Numbered from the stretch's first letter, positions 1 through 9,405 are shown. The stretch: 64,000 nucleotides of DNA from Simkaniaceae bacterium (GCA_040880145.1 JBBDIZ010000027.1:5139-69138), one strand, 5' to 3'. Program-made: numbers and translations. Notes: generated by a model from the sequence alone, not told the origin.

Positions 1-581
1 GCTGTCATGTGGGCCTCTTGAATACGATCAGAAGTTAAAAAATCTTTTACAATAAGCTCTAAATCACAGACTCCTTTTAACAACCCTCCACTCTTCCCCA
101 AAAAGGCAATCGTGAAAAGCTTTCTCTTTTTAGCGGCTAAAGCAGCGTTAATTAAATTTTGGGAATTACCACTGGTCGTCAAGAGAACCAACACATCTCC
201 GGGTTTGCCGTGAGCTTCAACTCCTCTTGAAAAAACCTCTTCAAATCCAACGTCATTTGCCACACAACTCATATGACCCGGATCGGAAAGAGCAATAGCC
301 GGAAGGGCCGGTCGTTTCCCGCGAAAAAAACCCGTCAACTCTTCAGCAAAATGCATAGCATCGCAAAGGCTTCCTCCATTCCCGGCAATCAAGACCTTAT
401 TCCCCCCTCGCAAGGAGTCGCTGATGACTTGGGCTGCCCTTTGGATAAAGAAAACGCCGGAATCTTCAAGAAGTTGGCTGACAGCCGCAGCTCCCTCGGC
501 AAGACTCTTTTTGATCTCTTCTATCACCGGCACCTCATTAAAAATGATTTTACACAATCTTACAGTTTGCTTTTGCAGCAT
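1..581 (-). CDS. gmhA: SIS-domain sedoheptulose-7-phosphate isomerase (GmhA/DiaA-like); C-terminal end cut by the window edge
   Basis: Absent from the ORF track because it runs off the window. My reverse-strand translation from the ATG at 581-579 gives MLQKQTVRLCKIIF...KVLIAGNGGSLCDAMHFAEEL...VLLTTSGNSQNLINA...DRIQEAHMT. These are the GNGGS, TSGNS and IQE-H motifs of GmhA-type SIS proteins. Confidence 0.75.
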   Translation of the reverse strand, partial: MLQKQTVRLCKIIFNEVPVIEEIKKSLAEGAAAVSQLLEDSGVFFIQRAAQVISDSLRGGNKVLIAGNGGSLCDAMHFAEELTGFFRGKRPALPAIALSDPGHMSCVANDVGFEEVFSRGVEAHGKPGDVLVLLTTSGNSQNLINAALAAKKRKLFTIAFLGKSGGLLKGVCDLELIVKDFLTSDRIQEAHMT

Positions 582-643
582 ACAGTATTCAGCATTTTTT
601 TTCTAGTCGCAGCAAAATATCCCAAGCTGGCACACTATAGTCG

Positions 644-1588
644 ATGAGAAAAAAACGCATTGCCCTTATTGGAGCATCCGGTCTTGTTGGGAGAGAACTG
701 CTCAAGCTTATTCAAGAAGAGAACCTCCCCTGGGACCTCTCTTTTTTTGCTTCAAAAAAACGAGGCGCTTTTGATGTGTTAACCCCTGAAATGTTTGATG
801 ATTTCGATCTTGCTTTTTTTTGTACGTCATCAGAGGTCTCAAAAAAATGGATTCCTTATGCTCTAAAATCAACTTGTCAAACCATTGACCTCTCAAGCGC
901 CTATAGGCTAAATCCAAATTACCCTCTTGTCATTCCGGAAATTAATGGGGAGGAGCTCAAAAAGAATCCAAAACTTGTCTCATCACCCAATTGCACGACG
1001 ACGTTGATGCTGCTCGCTCTTTATCCACTTGATCCGATTCTTCACATTCAAAAGGTTGTAGCCTCAACCTATCAAGCTATGAGCGGATCCGGGATAAAAG
1101 GGCTTAAAGCCTTGGAATCTGCTATAGAAAAAGGCGCGCTTTCTGTCTTTCCGCATGAATCTTCTCATGACTCTGAGGCATTTAGCGGCGAGGAGGAAAA
1201 AATGATCTTTGAAACAAGGAAAATTCTCAATAAAGATTTAGACATTCACCCCATAGCGATTCGCGTCCCTGTCAAAAGAGCTCATAGTCTCTCTTTATAT
1301 ATTGAAGGGAAGAATGAGGTCGATCTAAGCCGGGTAAAAAAAGCGTTAGATGAATTTCATGGAATCAAACGCGTCGAAAACGCTCAACTCACCTCCGAAT
1401 TTGCATCCGAGCAACGACCTATTTTTTGTGGACGTATTAGAAAAGATTTTAAGAATGCTTATGCCCTCTCTCTATTTGTTGTCGGTGATCAACTCTTAAA
1501 GGGCGCTGCCTTAAATGCTTTCCAATGTGCAAAAATTCTTCTCAAAAATAAAACGTTTGTATATAATAGCGATAAGGAAAGAGTTTAG
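644..1588 (+). CDS. asd: aspartate-semialdehyde dehydrogenase
   Basis: 314-aa ORF. It has the N-terminal dinucleotide fold IALIGASGLVGRE, the active-site SSPNCTTT and STYQAMSGSG. Recognised by eye. Confidence 0.88.
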   Translation: MRKKRIALIGASGLVGRELLKLIQEENLPWDLSFFASKKRGAFDVLTPEMFDDFDLAFFCTSSEVSKKWIPYALKSTCQTIDLSSAYRLNPNYPLVIPEINGEELKKNPKLVSSPNCTTTLMLLALYPLDPILHIQKVVASTYQAMSGSGIKGLKALESAIEKGALSVFPHESSHDSEAFSGEEEKMIFETRKILNKDLDIHPIAIRVPVKRAHSLSLYIEGKNEVDLSRVKKALDEFHGIKRVENAQLTSEFASEQRPIFCGRIRKDFKNAYALSLFVVGDQLLKGAALNAFQCAKILLKNKTFVYNSDKERV

Positions 1589-1589
1589 A

Positions 1590-2060
1590 ATGTATAAATT
1601 TTTTATTTCAGTTTTTTTTCTTTCAATTCAACCTTTGATGGCTGATGAGGTCTGCTACACCCCCTCTCATTTTCTCTTTTCAGAGAAGGAAAGAGCTCAA
1701 CCTAAACTAGAAGAGGGAAATAAATTTTATTCAAAAAAAATTCCTGAAACGGGCATTGCCTACGGCTCTTGCGCTAGAAAACTATTAATTGAAGCTCCTG
1801 AAAAGGCTAGAAGCATAAGTGGCGTCTACCTCTATTACAAGGGAACACACCTTCCTTTTGAGCTGCGTACCTTCGCAACTGTTACACCAAAACTCTCTCC
1901 TCAAATTCAAATTTCCGATAATCAAGGATTCGCTTTAACCGGAAGACTTCGCCCTTACAAAAAAGCGCCTCCTATCGACATGGATATCCAATTCAATTCA
2001 AATAATATTTTCGACTCCACGAAAATGGGAGTTGAAACCTCTTTAAAGTTCAAATACTGA
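1590..2060 (+). CDS. hypothetical exported protein (signal peptide; C-terminus ...SLKFKY is outer-membrane-protein-like)
   Basis: The track ORF is 1515-2060. I prefer the in-frame ATG at 1590 (MYKFFISVFFLSIQPLMADE, a Sec-type signal), which starts just after the asd stop. No family recognised. Confidence 0.5.
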   Translation: MYKFFISVFFLSIQPLMADEVCYTPSHFLFSEKERAQPKLEEGNKFYSKKIPETGIAYGSCARKLLIEAPEKARSISGVYLYYKGTHLPFELRTFATVTPKLSPQIQISDNQGFALTGRLRPYKKAPPIDMDIQFNSNNIFDSTKMGVETSLKFKY

Positions 2061-2675
2061 AGTAAAATCCGTATCGCTTTTCACTTCGATTTCTTCATCT
2101 TTTACAGGATGTTGAAAACGAACAAAATAGTGGTGTAGATAAATCCGATTTGCCTTAATTCGACTTCCATATTTTTTGTCTCCAACAATAGGACACCCCA
2201 CTTCTGCAAGCTGCGCTCGAATTTGATGATAACGTCCCGTTACAAGCTGAATTTCGACTAATTGCAGCCCCTCCTTTTTTTTGACTACGCGGTAAAAAAG
2301 CTCTGCTTCTTTGCCCTCCCCAATATGGGCTCGATGAGATTGATGAGAAATCAAATTTTTTAAGTTCCCCTTCTCACCCGGCATTTTCCCTTCAATTAAT
2401 GCCAAATAGCGTTTTTCAATTTTCCTTTCCCTCTGAGCTTCGTTGAGACGAGCAAGAGCTTTTGAACTGCGAGCAAAAATAACAAGGCCGCTTACCGGTT
2501 TATCTAATCTATGAACGGGGTGTAGAAAAACACGCCCAGGTTTTTGAAATTTTTCCTTAATGAACTTTTTTGCATCGTTTTCAAGAGAGTGTTTCGATCG
2601 TCCATCCTCTTGAGTCAGCCTACCAGCCTCTTTTTCAACAATAAATAAATGATTGTCTAGATAATAATTACGCAT
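2043..2675 (-). CDS. RluA-family pseudouridine synthase
   Basis: 210 aa. It has the catalytic motif HRLDKPVSGLVIFARS and the later GRYHQIRAQLA. Confidence 0.85.
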   Translation of the reverse strand: MRNYYLDNHLFIVEKEAGRLTQEDGRSKHSLENDAKKFIKEKFQKPGRVFLHPVHRLDKPVSGLVIFARSSKALARLNEAQRERKIEKRYLALIEGKMPGEKGNLKNLISHQSHRAHIGEGKEAELFYRVVKKKEGLQLVEIQLVTGRYHQIRAQLAEVGCPIVGDKKYGSRIKANRIYLHHYFVRFQHPVKDEEIEVKSDTDFTSVFEL

Positions 2676-3459
2676 TTTTTTGTCTTAGGGCTTCATAGAG
2701 AATAAGTGTGGTTGCAGAGGCTACATTCAAAGAATCTGCGACTCCTTTCATGGGAATTTTCACTTTGATATCCGCTTGTTTAAGCCACTGATCGCTTAAT
2801 CCCAACTGCTCAGTTCCCATTGCAATGGCTAGAGGTCCTGTAAGATCAACTTGTGTAAAGATCGTTTCAGCATGGGGAGTAGTGGCGACAATAGAAATCT
2901 GCTTCTCTTTTAAAAAGGAGATGACCTCCTCACTTGTAGACTCAATCACGGGTTGTGTAAATAAAGTACCAACGCTTGCCCGAACAACATTCGGATTATA
3001 AATATCCGTACAGCGATCACAAATAATAACAGCGTCTACACCTGCGGCATCGGAACTTCTTAAAATGGTTCCCAAGTTGCCCGGCTTTTCGATCGATTCC
3101 ACAATGAGTAAAAATGGGGAAGCTTCTAAGTTTAAATCAGAAAGAGTTAATGGCTTTTTATTGGCAATCGCAATTAATCCATCGGGGCGATCTCTGTAGG
3201 AGATTTTTTCAAATACTTCTTTTGTCACTCTAAATATTTGAGCTCCTCTCAATTTTATCGAATCTATAAGAGCCTCTTCATTTGAGCCTAAAAAATGCTG
3301 AGGGCTATAAAAAAGAGAGTCAATTTCTACAGTATCAGCTCTAGAGAGCTCTCGATAGCCCTCGATGAGATACTGATTCGTTTTATCTCGCACTCGTCTC
3401 TCTCTAAGCTTAACCAGTTGTTTTACATATTGATTTTGCAGGCTCGTAATTTCACTCAT
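2668..3459 (-). CDS. TrmH/SpoU-family RNA 2'-O-methyltransferase (RlmB-like)
   Basis: 263 aa. It has the SpoU motifs GNLGTILRSSDAAG, AMGTEQLGLS and IPMKGVADSLNVA. It overlaps both neighbours by 8 nt. Confidence 0.82.
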   Translation of the reverse strand: MSEITSLQNQYVKQLVKLRERRVRDKTNQYLIEGYRELSRADTVEIDSLFYSPQHFLGSNEEALIDSIKLRGAQIFRVTKEVFEKISYRDRPDGLIAIANKKPLTLSDLNLEASPFLLIVESIEKPGNLGTILRSSDAAGVDAVIICDRCTDIYNPNVVRASVGTLFTQPVIESTSEEVISFLKEKQISIVATTPHAETIFTQVDLTGPLAIAMGTEQLGLSDQWLKQADIKVKIPMKGVADSLNVASATTLILYEALRQKNA

Positions 3460-4303
3460 AGATCACTCTCGCAAAATGTCCCGCCGGAAGAAAAAATCCA
3501 GCCTTTGATGGTAGAAGGGTCTCTCCGGATTCAATTTTTTGCCCCTTTGCTTTTTGCTCTAAGAGATTTGATAAAACGGTCGATGAAAGGGCTGGCGTAT
3601 GACAGGTAAGAAGTAAAAAAAGAGGCTTCTTTGAAAGTAATTGAAAGCAAAGATCTAAAAGATGAGGAAGATCCTCTTCTATTTTAAAAACTTCATTGCT
3701 GCTTCCCCTTCCAAAGGATGGAGGGTCAAGAATAATCGCATCATAGGTCCGCTCTCTTTTGATCTCTCGCCTTAAGAATTTTATCGCATCATCGACAATC
3801 CATCGAACGGGGGCTTTCTCTAATTGATTTAATTTTGCATTCTCTTTTGCCCAACTAACCATCGGCTTTGAGGCATCAAGGTGTGTTACAGATGCCTTTG
3901 CAGATAAAGCCGCTAATGTCATTCCACCTGTATAGGCAAAAAGATTTAAAACTTCAGCATTTTGACCTTCTAAAGCTTTTTGAACAAACCGCCAATGGAT
4001 CTGGTGTTCTGGAAAAAGACCAAGATGGCCAAAATCTGTTGGAGAGACCTTAAAAAAAAATCCTGAACAATTGACCTGCCACTGTTTTGGAAGAGGGCCG
4101 CTCCAATGGTTCCCATTCTCTCTTGAAAAGCTCGCATCGCATCCTTTCCATTGATTTGGATCTTCAGGTTGCCAAACCGCCTGCGCAGAGGGTCGAATCA
4201 ATGTATACGGTCCAAATCTTTCTATTTTTTTGAAAGACCCGCTATCGAGAAGTTCGTAATTTTTCATGGCCAAACCTTTTCCCCATGTACAATCAATCTC
4301 CAA
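3452..4303 (-). CDS. class I SAM-dependent RNA methyltransferase (RlmI/RlmK-like catalytic domain)
   Basis: 283 aa. It has the SAM motif LNLFAYTGGMTLAAL and the DPPSFGRG motif. The alternative start at 4267 (MKNYELLDSG) abuts the cinA stop and has an upstream AAGG. Confidence 0.7.
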   Translation of the reverse strand: MEIDCTWGKGLAMKNYELLDSGSFKKIERFGPYTLIRPSAQAVWQPEDPNQWKGCDASFSRENGNHWSGPLPKQWQVNCSGFFFKVSPTDFGHLGLFPEHQIHWRFVQKALEGQNAEVLNLFAYTGGMTLAALSAKASVTHLDASKPMVSWAKENAKLNQLEKAPVRWIVDDAIKFLRREIKRERTYDAIILDPPSFGRGSSNEVFKIEEDLPHLLDLCFQLLSKKPLFLLLTCHTPALSSTVLSNLLEQKAKGQKIESGETLLPSKAGFFLPAGHFARVIYE

Positions 4304-5451
4304 AGAGCTCCGATCATAAAATAAGAGGCTTTCGAAATAATCGCCTTTCTCTCCTCTTTTTCACAGCATGGAATCAGCCCCGCTATTGCCGGCATTCCTT
4401 GCACTTTGATCGCCCCCCAAACGGTTCCGACAGGTTTACCATCAATGCCTCCTTTCGGCCCTGCAATTCCACTTGTTGAAATGCCGATATCGCTATTAAA
4501 TTTCTGCTGAACCCCTTCGGCCATTTCGATCACTGCTTCTCGACTAACCGCGCCATTTTGACTTAGTATATTGGAGTGAACATCTAAAAGGTTCATTTTG
4601 GCTTTATTAGAGTAAGCAACCACTCCCCCCAGGAAATAGTGAGATGCGTCGCTATTCTCTGTTAAAATAGACGCAATCTTTCCCCCCGTACAGGATTCTG
4701 CAACTGAAAGAGTCTGTTTGCTTTGAATCATTGCACTTTGAAGCGCAGAAGAAGACTTCGACTCTTTAAAAAATCGTTTAGGAAAATTTTTCTGAAACTC
4801 ACTTTCAACATCAAACGCTCTCTTTCCACTAATTCGAATCGCAAGGGATCCCATCGATGGATAAAAGCCAAATTGAGCATCAGGAAATTGCGCCTCTGCC
4901 TCCCTTGTAAAAGATGAAATTTCCCCTTCACTTGTTAACATCAGGTGAAATTCTGCAACCGTCTTTTTCGATTGATCTCGATCGAGGTTGTCTAACACGC
5001 GTTCAAACATCTCTTCCATCTCTTCGGGAACTCCAGGAAGTGCAACGAGGTTTTGTATCTTAAATCCTGGTGCTGTACCCACACGATTTAGAAAAGGAGT
5101 AGCCCCTCTTGGCAAGAGCGCTTGATCGGGTATCTCTTTTTTATATCGCCTGAATAAATCTTTAGAAACCGTTTCATTTTTTTCAAGCGGTAGGCTTAAG
5201 AAACCGGAGAGAATTTCTTTTGTCTTGTCGTCGCTTGTTGGACCAAGTCCTCCAGTGAGTAATATTTGAGCCCCTCGTTTTGTAGCATCATTTAAAGCGG
5301 AAAGAAGGGCCTCTTTATCATCTTTGACCGTCGTGATTTGATCAATAGAGAGCCCTCTTTTTTCACATTCTCGAGCCATAAAGGTGGCGTTTGTATTGAC
5401 CGTACGACCATTTAATAGTTCATCCCCTATCGAAATTATTTCTAATAACAA
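4264..5451 (-). CDS. cinA: CinA-family protein (MoCF-like domain plus PncC-type NMN amidohydrolase domain)
   Basis: 395 aa. The N-terminus is MLLEIISIGDELLNGRTVNTNATFMA and LLTGGLGPTSDDKT follows. The C-terminal half contains LSVAESCTGGKIAS. Confidence 0.85.
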   Translation of the reverse strand: MLLEIISIGDELLNGRTVNTNATFMARECEKRGLSIDQITTVKDDKEALLSALNDATKRGAQILLTGGLGPTSDDKTKEILSGFLSLPLEKNETVSKDLFRRYKKEIPDQALLPRGATPFLNRVGTAPGFKIQNLVALPGVPEEMEEMFERVLDNLDRDQSKKTVAEFHLMLTSEGEISSFTREAEAQFPDAQFGFYPSMGSLAIRISGKRAFDVESEFQKNFPKRFFKESKSSSALQSAMIQSKQTLSVAESCTGGKIASILTENSDASHYFLGGVVAYSNKAKMNLLDVHSNILSQNGAVSREAVIEMAEGVQQKFNSDIGISTSGIAGPKGGIDGKPVGTVWGAIKVQGMPAIAGLIPCCEKEERKAIISKASYFMIGALWRLIVHGEKVWP

Positions 5452-6092
5452 ACCTGCACCCCCTCAAGGCAATCATTAATCCATGGAAACGTTCTTGCAT
5501 CGATTCGAATGCTTGTCTTAATCGCTTTTCCATCTAAAAGAAACGAGGCGGGACGGGATAGAGTTCGAATGGCGCGCTTAAAGTCTGAAAAAAGGTCTTT
5601 GTTGGTAAAATTTTTTGAACTCAGCTGCTCAACCCTTCCCTCATTTGTTTGATAAATTTGAGGAAAGGAGAATTGGAGCCCAAAAGCTATAGCCGACTCC
5701 CCAAAGGCCATCGGGTGAATTTTATGATCAAGAGGGCTGTAGCTAAATCGATGCATTTGAATTTGGATGACAGGTTTTTGCACCCGTACAGCATAAAAAC
5801 CCGGCTTCACCTCAATTTTAACTAAAGAATTTAAGCTTCTTGTCATAAAGGCAGAGAGGCGCCCCACATAGGGTCTCTTATTCTTTAGCGCATCGATGTA
5901 ATCCTGGTATTTTTTTAAATATTCTCTTTTATCATCAAGCGGCTCTTCCTTGATCTCAGAAGCATTTACGAGATGAAAAGGCTCTAAAAGAGAAAAAAGA
6001 TCACTTAAGTCCTCAAAGAGCACTTGAACTTTATGCCACTTTGCTCCCTTAAAGGACGAGGCATTAGTAGGGAGAGAAACGGGTATATTCAT
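5442..6092 (-). CDS. hypothetical protein
   Basis: The track ORF is 5442-6173. I prefer the internal start at 6092 (MNIPVSLP...) because the longer form overlaps lspA by 110 nt. No family recognised. Confidence 0.45.
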   Translation of the reverse strand: MNIPVSLPTNASSFKGAKWHKVQVLFEDLSDLFSLLEPFHLVNASEIKEEPLDDKREYLKKYQDYIDALKNKRPYVGRLSAFMTRSLNSLVKIEVKPGFYAVRVQKPVIQIQMHRFSYSPLDHKIHPMAFGESAIAFGLQFSFPQIYQTNEGRVEQLSSKNFTNKDLFSDFKRAIRTLSRPASFLLDGKAIKTSIRIDARTFPWINDCLEGVQVCY

Positions 6093-6657
6093 TGAGTTTG
6101 GGAAGAAAGGATTGAAGGATGACAAAAAGAATTCCGATTGAAATAAAAAAATCTGCCACGTTAAAAATTGCAAAGGGAGAATAACCCCAAAAATTAAAAT
6201 AAAAAATATCTACCACATAGCCATGCAGTAAGAAATCGACTACATTCCCAACTGCGCCTGAAAAGATCATAATAAGCGGAAAATCGTGACTGCGTTTTTC
6301 ATTTTTGAAAAAAATGAAAAGAAAAAGAGAAAGAATTAATAAAAGCCTAAAAACCAAAAGAAGTTGTGGTTGATGACTAAACAATCCCCATGCCATTCCT
6401 TTATTAAAGACCAGGTTGAGTGAGAAATCCATTCCGAAAAAATTCTGAAAAATACCGATTCCATCATAAGGGAAAATAGAAGAAGCCCTAGACATTGGAC
6501 TGATGTATTTGAGAGCCAACCATTTTGATCCCATATCGACCAAAACTATGAAAGAGATTAAAAATAGCGCTTCAAATAATCGCCACCCCTTGATTTTCAT
6601 ATAATTAGGAAAGGCCCTTTTCAAATTTTTCCTGCTCGACTGCTGTTCGTGTTGCAT
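6064..6657 (-). CDS. lspA: lipoprotein signal peptidase II
   Basis: 197 aa, polytopic. It has GAVGNVVDFL and FNVADFFISIG, the Asn/Asp boxes of LspA. The alternative start at 6600 (MKIKGW...) would remove the 53-nt overlap with dksA. Confidence 0.85.
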   Translation of the reverse strand: MQHEQQSSRKNLKRAFPNYMKIKGWRLFEALFLISFIVLVDMGSKWLALKYISPMSRASSIFPYDGIGIFQNFFGMDFSLNLVFNKGMAWGLFSHQPQLLLVFRLLLILSLFLFIFFKNEKRSHDFPLIMIFSGAVGNVVDFLLHGYVVDIFYFNFWGYSPFAIFNVADFFISIGILFVILQSFLPKLNEYTRFSPY

Positions 6658-6970
6658 AAGGAATCGCTTCTAGTCTTTTTATCGGAATCTCGTTTTCAGA
6701 GGCATCGCAAGTTCCATAAGTGCCTTCTTCAATCTTTTCAAGGGCTCTATCGATTTGATCTAAAATCCTCATCTCTTCCGACTGCACATTAATACTGACC
6801 ATGCGGGTTGCATCATCTGTCGCTTCATCCGCGCTGTGCTGTGAAAACCCTTTGTTCTCTTCTGGACTACGAACCTCTTGAGAGACTCCTCTGACAACTG
6901 ACGAGTATTGCTGCTTCATTTCCAGAAGATTTTTTTTAAACTCTTCGATTTTCTTTTTTGGCAATGCCAT
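6605..6970 (-). CDS. dksA: DksA/TraR-family protein lacking the four-Cys zinc finger
   Basis: It has a coiled-coil region and the C-terminal EEGTYGTCDASENEIPIKRLEAIPYA. I place the start at ATG 6970, which has GAAGGAG 5 nt upstream. The track start at 6976 is a GTG with no spacing to that SD. Confidence 0.7.
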   Translation of the reverse strand: MALPKKKIEEFKKNLLEMKQQYSSVVRGVSQEVRSPEENKGFSQHSADEATDDATRMVSINVQSEEMRILDQIDRALEKIEEGTYGTCDASENEIPIKRLEAIPYATRTAVEQEKFEKGLS

Positions 6971-6972
6971 AT

Positions 6973-7428
6973 TCACTCCTTCGCAAAAGCAACATTTTTG
7001 ATTGCTTCAATTAGTTGATCCATATCCTTGAATCTCTTGTAAACGCAGGCAAAGCGAATATAAGCCACTTGATCAAGTTTTTGGAGTTTTTCCATTACAA
7101 TCGACCCCAAACTTTTGGTGTCGATCTCTCTCAACCCCTTTTCAGTTAAATCTGCCGATACCTCTGATGCCAGCTTCAAAATCTGATCACGACTGACCAA
7201 AGTATGACGACATGCCGCCTCCAATCCCTTGATCAATTTATCTGTCCTAAAGTCTTCGTAACTTTCATCTCTTTTTTTGACTTGAATCGTGAGATCGATC
7301 GTCTCGAACGTTGTAAACCTCTTATGACATTGAAAACATTCTCGCCGTCTTCTGATCGCATTTAGTTCGGCATGATTCCTTGAATCAGTGACCCTCGATT
7401 CTTCCTGACCGCAAAAAGGGCACTTCAT
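6973..7428 (-). CDS. nrdR: transcriptional repressor NrdR
   Basis: 151 aa. It has the zinc ribbon MKCPFCGQEESRVTDSR...CFQCHKRFTTFE followed by an ATP-cone. Confidence 0.92.
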   Translation of the reverse strand: MKCPFCGQEESRVTDSRNHAELNAIRRRRECFQCHKRFTTFETIDLTIQVKKRDESYEDFRTDKLIKGLEAACRHTLVSRDQILKLASEVSADLTEKGLREIDTKSLGSIVMEKLQKLDQVAYIRFACVYKRFKDMDQLIEAIKNVAFAKE

Positions 7429-7508
7429 TTTTCCTTCCTAAACTTTTTTGCGATCCATCTACTCACATCCCGCATAAAGGTGCAAGAAAAACTTGGGCTG
7501 AAAAAAAT

Positions 7509-7595
7509 CGGAGGAGGTGGGATTCGAACCCACGGTACGCGTAAACGTACACACGCTTTCCAAGCGTGCTCCTTCGGCCACTCAGACACTCCTCC
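7509..7595 (-). tRNA. tRNA-Ser (anticodon GGA)
   Basis: The reverse complement reads GGAGGAGTGTCTGAGTGGCCGAAGGAGCACGCTTGGAAAGCGTGTGTACGTTTACGCGTACCGTGGGTTCGAATCCCACCTCCTCCG. It has a 7-bp acceptor stem, an anticodon loop TTGGAAA, a long variable arm and a GTGGG-TTCGAAT-CCCAC T-arm. No CCA is encoded. Confidence 0.92.
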
Positions 7596-7733
7596 AAAAC
7601 TAATTCTATTGCTCCACTATTTTGGAATTTGAGAAAAATTTTACGACTGAACCCCTATTTTTGACAAGTTTTTTTCACTAGGCTGTTTTAGAGCTCGCTT
7701 TGGATAAAGATAAAGATGCCAAAAATGGCAATT

Positions 7734-7762
7734 TTAACAACCAAATGGCGTTTCGGTATAAT
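7734..7762 (+). promoter_or_regulatory. sigma70/66-type promoter of the metal-transporter operon (TTAACA-17 nt-TATAAT)
   Basis: The -35 hexamer is at 7734-7739 and the -10 hexamer at 7757-7762. I counted the spacer as 17 nt. It lies 22 nt upstream of the first ATG. Confidence 0.5.
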
Positions 7763-7783
7763 TCTCTTTTGTGATAGACTGTA

Positions 7784-8701
7784 ATGCAAAAACCTCCTGA
7801 TAATATGAAAGTAAAATTATTTTTGCTGCTTTTGCTTCCGCTACTGTTTATAGGATGCGGAAAGCAACCCCCTATAAATACCGGAAATACCGGCAAACTC
7901 AACGTTCTTGTCAGTATCGCGCCCTATAAAAAATTTGTCGAACGAATTAGTGGTGATTCATTGAATGTGACCACGCTTCTTCCGAAGAATGCCAATCTTC
8001 ACACCTTTGAACCCACTCCTAGACTCTCTCAAAATTGGCAAAATGTGGATCTTTGGATTACCGTTGGCGCTGAATTTGAAAGTCAAATAAAACCTGCCCT
8101 CTGTGAAGTCAATCCCAATATGGTTGTTTTAGATTTGAGTAAAAAAATTACTCCGATGCAAATGGGCAAAGAGACTCATTCTCTCCTCCCATGCAAACAT
8201 ACCCACACAGAAGATATCCACATGTGGCTTGGCCCCAAAGATGTTCCCGCTCAAATTCGAGTCATCACAGAGGCCCTTATCCAGCTGGACTCTTCAATGC
8301 AAACAATATTTTTAGAAGGCATGAATGCATTAATCGCTGACTTAGAGCGCCTCGATCGCTCGATTAGCGTTCGTCTTTTACCCTTTCAAGGATCTGCTTT
8401 AATCGTGTCCCACCCCTCTCTCGGCTATTTTTGCAAAGATTATCAACTCAAGCAAATTTCAATTGAGTGCGAAGGGAAATCTCCGGCCCCTCAAGATCTG
8501 CAAAAAATTTTAAAATCAATCGAAAAAGAAACCGTCCTATGCGTGATTTCTCAAGAAGGCTTTGACTCGAAAGGAGCCCGCCTGATTAGTGAAAAGCTCT
8601 CCCTGCCGCTCATCTCCTTTGACCCCTATGCATACGATTATTTTCTCAATATGGAGACCCTATCGACTCAAATTATTTCTAATAAAAGTCCCAAAAAATG
8701 A
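7784..8701 (+). CDS. metal ABC transporter substrate-binding lipoprotein (ZnuA/TroA cluster A-I)
   Basis: 305 aa. It has the lipobox LLFIGCG, the metal-ligand contexts NLHTFEPTP, DIHMWLGP and VSHPSLGYF, and the His-rich loop HSLLPCKHTHTEDIH. An alternative start is at 7805 (MKVKLF...). Confidence 0.85.
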   Translation: MQKPPDNMKVKLFLLLLLPLLFIGCGKQPPINTGNTGKLNVLVSIAPYKKFVERISGDSLNVTTLLPKNANLHTFEPTPRLSQNWQNVDLWITVGAEFESQIKPALCEVNPNMVVLDLSKKITPMQMGKETHSLLPCKHTHTEDIHMWLGPKDVPAQIRVITEALIQLDSSMQTIFLEGMNALIADLERLDRSISVRLLPFQGSALIVSHPSLGYFCKDYQLKQISIECEGKSPAPQDLQKILKSIEKETVLCVISQEGFDSKGARLISEKLSLPLISFDPYAYDYFLNMETLSTQIISNKSPKK

Positions 8702-9405
8702 CCCATCCGGAAATGATTCAATGCCGCAACCTCTCTTTCTCTTATGATGAAAAGACCGTTTTAGAAAAGATCTCTTTGAGTATTCATGAAGGAGAATTCA
8801 TAGGGCTTATCGGACCGAATGGAGGAGGGAAAACCACTTTTTTAAATCTGCTTATGGGATTTTTAAAACCACAATCAGGGTCGATGACTATTTTTGATAA
8901 AACTCCTGTAAAAATGCGCCGCCTCATTGGCTATGTCCCTCAACACTTAAGTTTTGACAAGCTCTTTCCCATCACTCTTGAAGAGGTCGTTTTGATGGGC
9001 CTGTTAAACGAAACGCCTCTTTTTAAATCCTATAGCCCGTCAGCTTATAAACGTTCCTCTGCCGTATTAGAACAACTCGATCTTCTACCGCTGAAAAATC
9101 GCCTCTTCGGGACGCTTTCCGGCGGCCAGATTCAACGCACTCTTATCGCAAGAGCTCTTGTATCAAACCCCTCCCTGCTTCTCTTAGATGAACCCACAGC
9201 TTCTGTAGATTTTGAGTCGCAAAAAAAAATCTACGAACTCTTAAGCTTATTAAAAAAGAAAGTGACCATTCTCATGGTGACTCATCAAGTACAGCCCATT
9301 TTAAAACATGTAGACCGCATCCTCTGCGTTCAAAAGCATCTCTCCCCGCTAGATCCCGATGAAATTTGTAAACATTATGCACTGGGGGTCTATCATGCTG
9401 AGTGA
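8698..9405 (+). CDS. metal ABC transporter ATP-binding protein (ZnuC/TroB-like)
   Basis: It has Walker A GPNGGGKTT, the signature LSGGQIQR and Walker B LLLLDEP. Confidence 0.9.
   Translation: MTHPEMIQCRNLSFSYDEKTVLEKISLSIHEGEFIGLIGPNGGGKTTFLNLLMGFLKPQSGSMTIFDKTPVKMRRLIGYVPQHLSFDKLFPITLEEVVLMGLLNETPLFKSYSPSAYKRSSAVLEQLDLLPLKNRLFGTLSGGQIQRTLIARALVSNPSLLLLDEPTASVDFESQKKIYELLSLLKKKVTILMVTHQVQPILKHVDRILCVQKHLSPLDPDEICKHYALGVYHAE

Noticed and set aside
273-647. Track ORFs 273-647 (+) and 424-606 (+).
   Set aside because: They lie antisense to a much better minus-strand gene (gmhA-like, 1-581) with clear SIS-domain motifs. Their products are low-complexity and Ser/Arg-rich.
4723-4931. Opposite-strand ORF pair inside cinA sharing the peptide SFRKIFL, which hints at another palindrome.
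   Set aside because: The underlying sequence (GGAAAATTTTTCTGAA) is only an imperfect A/T-run symmetry, not a stable or statistically unusual hairpin.
7509-7783. tRNA-Ser as a possible genomic-island integration site.
   Set aside because: There is no integrase, no repeat of the tRNA 3' end and no foreign-looking genes next to it. The neighbours are nrdR and a metal transporter with its own promoter.
7678-7902. 74-aa minus-strand ORF spanning the promoter and 5' end of the substrate-binding protein gene.
   Set aside because: It overlaps a well-supported lipoprotein gene and its promoter, and it has no features of its own.
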